Source: an uncultured Planctomycetaceae bacterium
GTDB lineage: Bacteria; Planctomycetota; Planctomycetia; Isosphaerales; Isosphaeraceae
Assembly (NCBI GenBank): GCA_963833985.1
Contig: CAWIAD010000002.1
Span: 3,712,001-3,776,000, forward strand
Length of the DNA: 64,000 nt
Reading direction: 5' to 3'
Shown here: one piece after another, positions 57,075 through 64,000 of the stretch
How the letters are laid out: every line of letters begins with the position of its first letter
How positions within the stretch are numbered: the stretch's first letter is position 1
The notes under the pieces: model-generated
What the model saw: only the letters and a program-made list of their open reading frames with translations
Databases searched by the model: none
Told to the model about the DNA's origin: nothing
Position numbers and translations under genes: made by a program

Positions 57075-57302
57075 TCACCACCTTCGGCCTTTCGGTTTGA
57101 CCGTGATCAGTGCCACCTGGTCCAGATCGGTGCTCGACTCGCCGCCGTCGCTGCCCATCACGACGGCGATCCGGTCGCCCGGCTTGTGCCGGACTTGCTC
57201 CGGCCGGTCGACGTGCACCCCGACGTCCCAGCCGCCCAGCACGAACGCGAACGGCTGGAAGGGCTGGCGGAGCAGGAGGCCGGCAAGGGTCTGGGAAATC
57301 AC
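57075..57302 (-). CDS. Small hypothetical protein (75 aa)
   Basis: LLRQPFQPFAFVLG..VDRPEQV; GTG start overlaps the upstream stop and has an SD-like AAGGGTGGTGA. Confidence 0.65.
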   Translation of the reverse strand: MISQTLAGLLLRQPFQPFAFVLGGWDVGVHVDRPEQVRHKPGDRIAVVMGSDGGESSTDLDQVALITVKPKGRRW

Positions 57303-57523
57303 GACTCACCACCCTTCGCCTTGCGCTTCGGGGCGGGGGACGTAACGAGCTTGCGCATCTCCTCTTCGACATCCCGCTGGATCTGCGGGGCAATCATGGC
57401 CTCAAGATACTCGATCACGGACTGCTCGCGACAAGCTGCCACGATCTTGGCTTTCCGCATCAGCTCCTGGTCCAGCTTGACGCTCATTCGCCGCATCTCC
57501 AGCAACTCCGGGCCTGTGCTCAC
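57299..57523 (-). CDS. Small ribbon-helix-helix-like DNA-binding protein
   Basis: MSVKLDQELMRKAKIVAACREQSVIEYLEAMI strand-helix-helix pattern; start uncertain. Confidence 0.6.
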   Translation of the reverse strand: MSTGPELLEMRRMSVKLDQELMRKAKIVAACREQSVIEYLEAMIAPQIQRDVEEEMRKLVTSPAPKRKAKGGES

Positions 57524-58791
57524 GTTCGAGCTCCCATCACAAACAAGGATTCTACCCCGCGCGCCCGGGGGCCCTGAAGCCAGTATCGCCATTGCTCCTG
57601 ATTCGTCAAGGGGCAAGCTACTTATTGAACTAAGGGGTAAAAGGGAACAAGCTACCATCGTCCCCTCGACGATCCCCCACCCCGGAGCCCCCCACCAGCA
57701 AGCCCGAGCTAGCCGGAGTCACCGCGACCGCCACCCTGGTGGCCGCCATCGGCGAGACCATCGCCGCCAGCGAGGCGGGGCGCTCCCGCGAAGACGTCGC
57801 CGCGACGATCGCGCACCTGGCAACGCTGCTCGAACGTTGACATGCGATGATCGCGCCCGGGCGTTCCGGGTCGGTCCTGGAAAGGATCGATCGCAAGTGC
57901 CCGTTTCCCGCCGGCATGTGCATGGCGCACTCTGCCTTGACCGACACCATGAAGCACCTGGGAATCACCCTGAAGCCACCCCAGGAGCGATCTGATTCAC
58001 GAGATCCGCGCCGCCCGCCAGGAGCTGCAATGGTGCGAGCGTGCGGCCAGCGCGGCCCGCTTCCAGCTGCGCACCTGCAAGGGCACCCTGATCGATGCCA
58101 GGGCCGCGCTGGATGAGCGGCTCGAAGAGCTGGAGAGCGGCGAAAGCAAGTACCCGATGCTCGAGCGGTTGGCCCGCAACGGCGCGCATCACAGGGCGAC
58201 CCCGTGAGCGACCTTTCATGATCCCGGCCTGCGTCGAGGGCGGCCTTCCGATGTGTGGCCACTTTCTGGTCCGCAACGCGGCGACACGTCCTGGCCCGGC
58301 GGCGCCAACCCCAGGCAGAGTCGCTCACAGAATGACATCACCAGGGAGGGGCGAGCGCGGAGAACTGGTGGCCAGGCTCGGCGTGGTCATGCCGCCTGTA
58401 ATGCTCTGCGTTGACCTTCAGCACCGATCGCTCGACGCAACAAGATCGACGACTCTTTCCAAGGCCCCGCGTTGGAATGCCATCGCTGACGCGCGGCTCT
58501 TGTTGCGCATGCTGGGCAACTTCGTCCCATTTTCCAGGCCCTGGCCAGAGCCATCGAGGTAGGAGCGTCGCGGACGGTATTTCGATGCAGGGCGCCGGAA
58601 CTGATCTCTACCTTGGCGATTCCAGCCTTTCCTCGCTCGCTGCCTGCAACGCACCTCATCGGTGAGTTTCCTGAATTCCTTTGCACCGATGACCAGGGCG
58701 ATTGACACGATGAGCGCGAGATCCTATCACGAAGTCAGGCTGGCATGCCTCATTTCTTTGTGTCTCCGGGGAATCAAGCGGGAGCGACTTC

Positions 58792-60902
58792 ATGCTGCTC
58801 ATCACCTCAGTGCTTCTTGTAACCTTCGTTGGAGCTGTGGATGACGAGTCGCGGCCCTCCCTCAATGACATGGAGGTCTATCGAAACGCTGCAACCCGAG
58901 CAGGCCGCGACGCCGAGGCGCACGCGCGGCTCGCGCTTTGGTGTGAGGCGCGGCGCATGCAGGACGAGCACGATGCAGAGCTCGCCCTGGCCTTGCGGCA
59001 CAATCCTCACAGTGCATTGTCGCGCGGCCTCAAGGGAGAGATCTACGAACGAGGGGAATGGCTGACGCCCGACGCGGTGGTCCAACAACAAGAGAAGCCA
59101 ACGCGGAAGCTGCTTCTCAGCCAGTACGATTCCCGACGCGCTGGGGAGATCGACACGGTCAAGGGGAACCTGGATCTGGCGCAATGGTGCGCCAGGGAAG
59201 GCCTGCGCGCAGAGGAGTTCGCACATCTGACGGCCGTGCTTCGCCGCGACCCGAGCCATGCCGAGGCCTGGCGGGCGCTCGGGTATCGCAATCGCGAGGG
59301 TGTCTGGGTCAACCCGTCCCACGAGCTGAAAAAACGAAGACTTCTCGCCGAGGCGCGCGAGGCTCACCGGCGGTGGGCCGCTCGGCTGAAACACCTTCTT
59401 CGCGCCTGGTCCTCACCCGAGGAACGACAGGCGGCCGATGCCGAGCTGGCCAAGATCCACGATCCGTTTGCGGCTTCCGCGATCGCCGAGGTCCTGGGCA
59501 ATGGATCGATCGAGCAACGCCAGCTCGCGGTGCGTTTACTCGACCAGATCGGTGGACCGGAGGCGATCAGCAGGCTCACCCTTATGGCTCTGCACGATAT
59601 CGAGGGACCGGTGTTCGGGGACGCGATCGACGCCCTCTCCCGACACGATCCGCGCCAGTTTCTCGGGCCGGTCATCGACTATGTGCGCGTACCGCCGAAG
59701 ATCACCGTCAAGCCGATCGGGGGCCCCGGTGAGCCGGGACGCATCGAGGTCGAGGGGATGGAGCCACGGATCTACGCCATCCCGAACATCGCCGAATTCC
59801 GCGTCGCAACCGGAAACCCTCCGACGCCAATCGATACGACCTGGCTCTCCGCAATGGCCTCGCGATCCCTGGGGAGCCGGAGTTCGGGTGGGTACAGCTA
59901 CAGTGTGTCGTACTATCCCTCCGACCCGGTGGTCACCCAAGCGTTCGCGCAGCTTGCGGCTAACCCGGGGGAGGCGGCCCCGATCCTCAAGGGTCTGGCG
60001 GGTCTGGCCGCCGGCAAGCACGCCAGCCCGCCCCCGCTGACTTACCGTGTCGTCGTCCCTTACCGGCATACTTATGAGTCTGGATACGAACGCAACCTTG
60101 CCAGGAACATGCTGAACGAAGTGCGTAATCATAATATCGAAATAAAAAACATGTACAATATTTACTGTAATCAGATTCGAAAACAGTTCAATGCCGACTC
60201 GAAAACGGTACGAAACCAAGCCGGCTCGATTGAGCGGACAGCGCCAACGCACTCGACTTGCTTCATCAGGTGACAGGGCTAGACCTTGGCACGGATCACG
60301 GGCGCTGGGTCGCCTGGTGGGCGGAATGGAACCGGTCCGAACCGGCCATCGGCCAAAATGCCGCCGGTGCTCCTGCGGCGGTCGCTGCTAACGCAGTTCC
60401 CGCAAGAAGGACGACAAAGCTCCACAGGCCCCGACTTGGCAGGGGGACCCTGGTGTGGACGTCGCGCGGCAAGAAGTCCGTGGAGTCGCTCCGTGTCGGT
60501 GACCTGGTGCTCAGCCAGGAGGCGTCGCAGGGCGTTCTCAGCTACCAGGGCGTGGCGGCGATCACGGATCCGGAGTCGGAATCCGTGGTGAGACTTCGGC
60601 TGGACCAGGGAGGCCCGATCGTGCTCTCGCCGATTGAGCCCGTCTGGAAGGCCGGAGTGGGCTGGGTTCGCTCCATCGACCTCAGGCCCGGAGACGCTGT
60701 CCGAGTGGTCGGCGGTCGGGCAGCCGTGGTTGCGCTGGACCCCGATCCGGACACCTCGTTGCTCAATGTCGTTCTCGTGGACAATGGGTCGCTCTTCGCC
60801 GGCGAGCGTGGCTTGCTAGTTCACGACAACAGCATTGTCCATCCTGCCTCTGTCCCGTTCGACGCGGTGCCGGATCTGACAAGCGAGAAGCCGGCGCAGT
60901 GA
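58792..60902 (+). CDS. Exported HEAT-repeat protein with C-terminal degenerate Hint (PT-HINT-like) domain; frameshift near 60240
   Basis: Signal peptide; AHARLALWCE, LAQWCAREGL, AWRALGY; HEAT-like helices; GTLVWTSRGKKSVESLRVGDLVLSQ, WKAGVGWVRSIDLRPGD, GLLVHDNS. Confidence 0.78.
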
Positions 60903-61220
60903 ATTCTGATGTCCAGGACCGAAACGCGGATGAAGAGAGAGTCCGGATGTGGTCAAGCCACTCCCCGATGGTCCGGCCGTTCTCGGCCCGGCTCTGTCGG
61001 GTCCCGAGCATACCGCGAGAGAGATCCCGGCCGCATCATGTCACGACCGCTTCTCTCATCGGTGTGTGGAATCGATCGCGAGAGATTCGGAGCGAACGGA
61101 CAGAGACCGTCCAGTTCCTCAGATCCACTCAAATACCTGCGTCTTGGAGGTTTCCTGCGCCGGCTTCATCCGGGACCAGACAGTTTGGCAGATTCTGCAA
61201 TCGGTGGGGCTTCTGGCAAG

Positions 61221-61294
61221 TATGCCCGACAGGATTTGAACCTGTAACCTTCGGCTCCGGAGGCCGACGCTCTATCCAGTTGAGCTACGGGCAC
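61221..61294 (-). tRNA. tRNA-Arg(CCG)
   Basis: Minus strand GTGCCCG TA GCTC AACTGGATA GAGC G TCGGC CT CCG GA GCCGA AGGTT ACAGG TTCAAAT CCTGT CGGGCAT A; full cloverleaf, CCA not encoded. Confidence 0.96.
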
Positions 61295-61393
61295 GCAACA
61301 GCTTGTATTGCAACGCGGCCGGCGGAGGTTGTCAAGGGGCCCAAAAAGCCGGTGCGGCCGCCGCCGGTGCACCAGGGCCGCCCATGCAAGGCC

Positions 61394-61759
61394 TTAGCGG
61401 AAGGCCTTCAAGGCGGACGGCTTGTCGTCGTAGATCGCGAACAGGGCATCGAAATGGCCGATCCGGAATGTGTCCAGCAAGACCGGGCCAAGTCCCGTGA
61501 TCTTGAGCTGGCCGTGGAGCGCGGACACCTCCCGGGCCAGGCGGGCAAGCTCGCCCAGCATCGAGCTGGACATGTAACGCACCTGCGAGAAATCGAGCAG
61601 GATCCGGGTGCAGCCGCGGTCGGCCACCAGGCTGTGCAGCTCGGCGCCGATCTCCTTGATCAACGTCTCCTCGAACATGAGCCCGGACTCCACGAACTCC
61701 ACCACCGTCACGCCGTCCACTTCCTTCATCTGCAAATGTTTGAGCGCGTTTACCGACAT
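61394..61759 (-). CDS. STAS-domain anti-sigma factor antagonist
   Basis: ILLDFSQVRYMSSSMLGEL, GQLKITGL..DTFRIGHFDALFAIY; GGAGG Shine-Dalgarno. Confidence 0.9.
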   Translation of the reverse strand: MSVNALKHLQMKEVDGVTVVEFVESGLMFEETLIKEIGAELHSLVADRGCTRILLDFSQVRYMSSSMLGELARLAREVSALHGQLKITGLGPVLLDTFRIGHFDALFAIYDDKPSALKAFR

Positions 61760-61827
61760 CGGGTGCCTCCTTCCAGGTTGCCGTGTTTCAGTTCCCTGAT
61801 CTCAGATGCGTTGCCCCTTGCAAGTCG

Positions 61828-62911
61828 TCATCGGGACGGCCCGTGAATCACCCAGCCTTCATCGAATACCGCCTGGTTGACGACCGACCGGCGATCGGAA
61901 GTGAATACCACATGGATGCGGCCGTCGCGGGTCTGGAACGCGATCGGGTAGGCGTAGTCGTTGTCGCCCTCACGCAGGTTGCGACGGACCGGATAGGTCC
62001 GATCCTGGTCAAAAGAGAGGGCGACGGAAAGCGGCGTCCGCCGGTTCATGCTGTGGTTGTACACCAGGAGCAGCCGGCCACTGCGCAGCTTGAGGAAGTC
62101 GACCGCGGCGTTCGGGTTCGGAAACGAGGAATCTTTCCCCTCGCTCCAGGTCAGGCCGCCGTCGCGGGATTCGGAGCGGACGATATAGCCCTGGGTTTCC
62201 GGCTTGTAATCCCCCCCGCGCCGGCAATAGGCCACCAGGTGATTGCCCTCGAGCTCGACCACCGCCGGTTGAATATTGCCCCGCGGCGAGCGGATCGGCC
62301 CGGTCTTGCTCCACGTTCCGTCGCGATGCGAGCGCCGCAGGAAGAACGAGTAGCTGTCCGAGCCGGTCATCTCGGGGTCATACCCGGTCTCGTGGTAGAG
62401 CGGCAAGAGGAAGTCGCCGCTGGCCAGCGTGACGGGTCGGTTCCGTACCAGGGTGCCCTCGTCAAGCACCAGGAGCGAGGCGTCGGACCAGGATGCCGCG
62501 CCATCTCTCGAGACCTTGACCTGGACCCTGGAGGTGGACCATGTGTCGCCGTAGCGAACCACGTAGAAAAGCCAGACGATGCCGTCGGGGCTCTCCCAGA
62601 CCACGGCGTTTCCGACCGAGCGGAACGGGTCGTGCGCGATGCGTTCCGGGGGGGACCACTGGCTGGTTCCCGCACGCAGGCGTGAGCCGAACACACCCGT
62701 ATCGACGGCGTACTCGCCGCTGCCGCCGTAGTAGACGAGGTAGAGATCGCCATTCTTCAGCTCGGTCATGCAGGCTGGATGCTTGTATGGACCTGTCTTC
62801 ACCTCCGGCCCAAAGATTCGCTCCACCTGGAGCTGCGCCTCCCCGGCACGGAACCAGGGCCGGAAGGGAACCGATCAGCATGATCCAGGGCGCGATCGTG
62901 CGTTTGCTCAT
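61828..62911 (-). CDS. Exported BNR/Asp-box (sialidase-like) propeller protein; frameshift near 62840
   Basis: Asp boxes SRDGAASW, SRDGGLTW, SFDQDRTY; HPACMTELKNGDL, YAYPIAFQ; signal peptide MSKRTIAPWIMLIG in a shifted frame. Confidence 0.8.
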
Positions 62912-63155
62912 CGTGGTATTCCCGCCTTGGGGTGGAATCGCCTGCCTGTCGTGCGACCGCGCATCTCTTCGCTATTCTGTAGAGCGCGGACTCGGCGGGC
63001 AAGCCAGCAGCGGATTCGGGTTTGCCGCCTGGTCATGTACGCCACGGCGCGGCCGGATTCTGCTTGCGAACACGTTGGCTCCAGGAGACCGGTCCGCTAA
63101 CATCGTTGCGCAGGCGTCGAGTGGGGTCCCGAGTCAGGATCAAGGTCAGCAAGTC

Positions 63156-64000
63156 ATGAGCTTACCAGGTACGACACGCGTGGCGGCTGTGCAGATGGAG
63201 CCGGAACTCGGCAAGGTCGACGCGAACCTGGAGCGCATCCGGAAACGTCTGGAAGAAGCAGCCTCCGGAGGGGCGAAGCTGGCCGTCTTTCCCGAATGCG
63301 CGCTCTCCGGGTACGGCTTCGGCAGCCGGGAAGAGGGACTGGCTCACGCCGTGCCGCTGGACGGCCCCGCGGTGGCCGAGGTCGCCCGGGTCGTCCGGCG
63401 AACCGGGTGCGGCTGCATCTTTGGTCTCCTGGAACGGGCCGGATCGAACTTGTTCAACGCCTGCGTGCTGGTGGGCCGCGAAGGCGTACGGGCCGTCTAT
63501 CACAAGGTGCACCTGCCCTTCCTGGGTATTGACATGTTCGTGGACCCGGGCGACCAGCCGTTCGCCGTTCATGAACAGGACGGTCTGAAGATCGGCATGC
63601 ATATCTGCTACGACGGGTCGTTCCCGGAGACGGCACGCGTGCTCAGCCTTCTGGGAGCGGATCTGCTGGTGCTGCCGACCAACTGGCCGACCCACTCCGA
63701 ATGCGCCGCGGAGCACATGATCCCGACGCGGGCGATGGAGAACACGGTCTACGTGATGGCAGTCAACCGGGTCGGCACCGAGAGCGGCTTCCGGTTCATC
63801 GGCGCGAGCTCAATTGCCGACCCCTCGGGCACGATGATGGCTCGGGCCAGCACAGACGCCGAAGAAATCATCTATGCCGAGATCGACCCGGTGCGCGCCC
63901 GCACCAAGCGGCTGGTCCGCGTGCCGGGCCGGCACGAGGTCAACCGCATCGCCGACCGCCGACCGTCCTTCTATGGCCCGCTGGTGGAACCCAACGGGAG
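63156..64000 (+). CDS. Carbon-nitrogen hydrolase (nitrilase superfamily), partial at right edge
   Basis: Not in the ORF track because there is no stop in the window: MSLPGTTRVAAVQME..VFPECALSGY..YHKVHLP..ICYDGSFPE with E-K-C triad. Confidence 0.9.
   Translation, partial: MSLPGTTRVAAVQMEPELGKVDANLERIRKRLEEAASGGAKLAVFPECALSGYGFGSREEGLAHAVPLDGPAVAEVARVVRRTGCGCIFGLLERAGSNLFNACVLVGREGVRAVYHKVHLPFLGIDMFVDPGDQPFAVHEQDGLKIGMHICYDGSFPETARVLSLLGADLLVLPTNWPTHSECAAEHMIPTRAMENTVYVMAVNRVGTESGFRFIGASSIADPSGTMMARASTDAEEIIYAEIDPVRARTKRLVRVPGRHEVNRIADRRPSFYGPLVEPNG

Noticed and set aside
61221..61245. att-site duplication of the tRNA 3' end
   Set aside because: No second copy noticed in the window by eye, so island boundaries cannot be defined.

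Overview
High-GC bacterial window with strong Planctomycetota (Isosphaeraceae-like) character: an ECF sigma factor with a WD40 extension, ASPIC/UnbV FG-GAP proteins, several Uma2 genes, a Hint-domain protein and Ffh with a basic C-terminal tail. Housekeeping blocks are a partial futalosine menaquinone cluster (mqnE-ubiA-ubiX-ubiE), hslVU, ffh-rpsP-trmD-rplS, glcDEF, aceA-aceB-LysR and tRNA-Arg(CCG). Many genes, including essential ones, carry small frameshifts that are most likely sequencing errors. The most notable locus (15.7-30 kb) is a hydrazine-synthase-like secreted multiheme cluster in an apparently non-anammox organism. It encodes an HzsA-like protein, an octaheme + YVTN propeller + di-heme CCP/MauG fusion (HzsBC-like), two FG-GAP/ASPIC-UnbV proteins, a stand-alone sensor-type propeller and two orphan periplasmic binding proteins. 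Other observations are a Hyg5-type chorismatase, an IS1182-family element inserted in the centre of a REP-like palindrome, a 140-bp direct repeat of a Uma2-Uma2 junction bracketing the glyoxylate-shunt genes, and a degenerate Hint-domain gene beside the tRNA. All family assignments come from motif recognition by eye; no searches were run.
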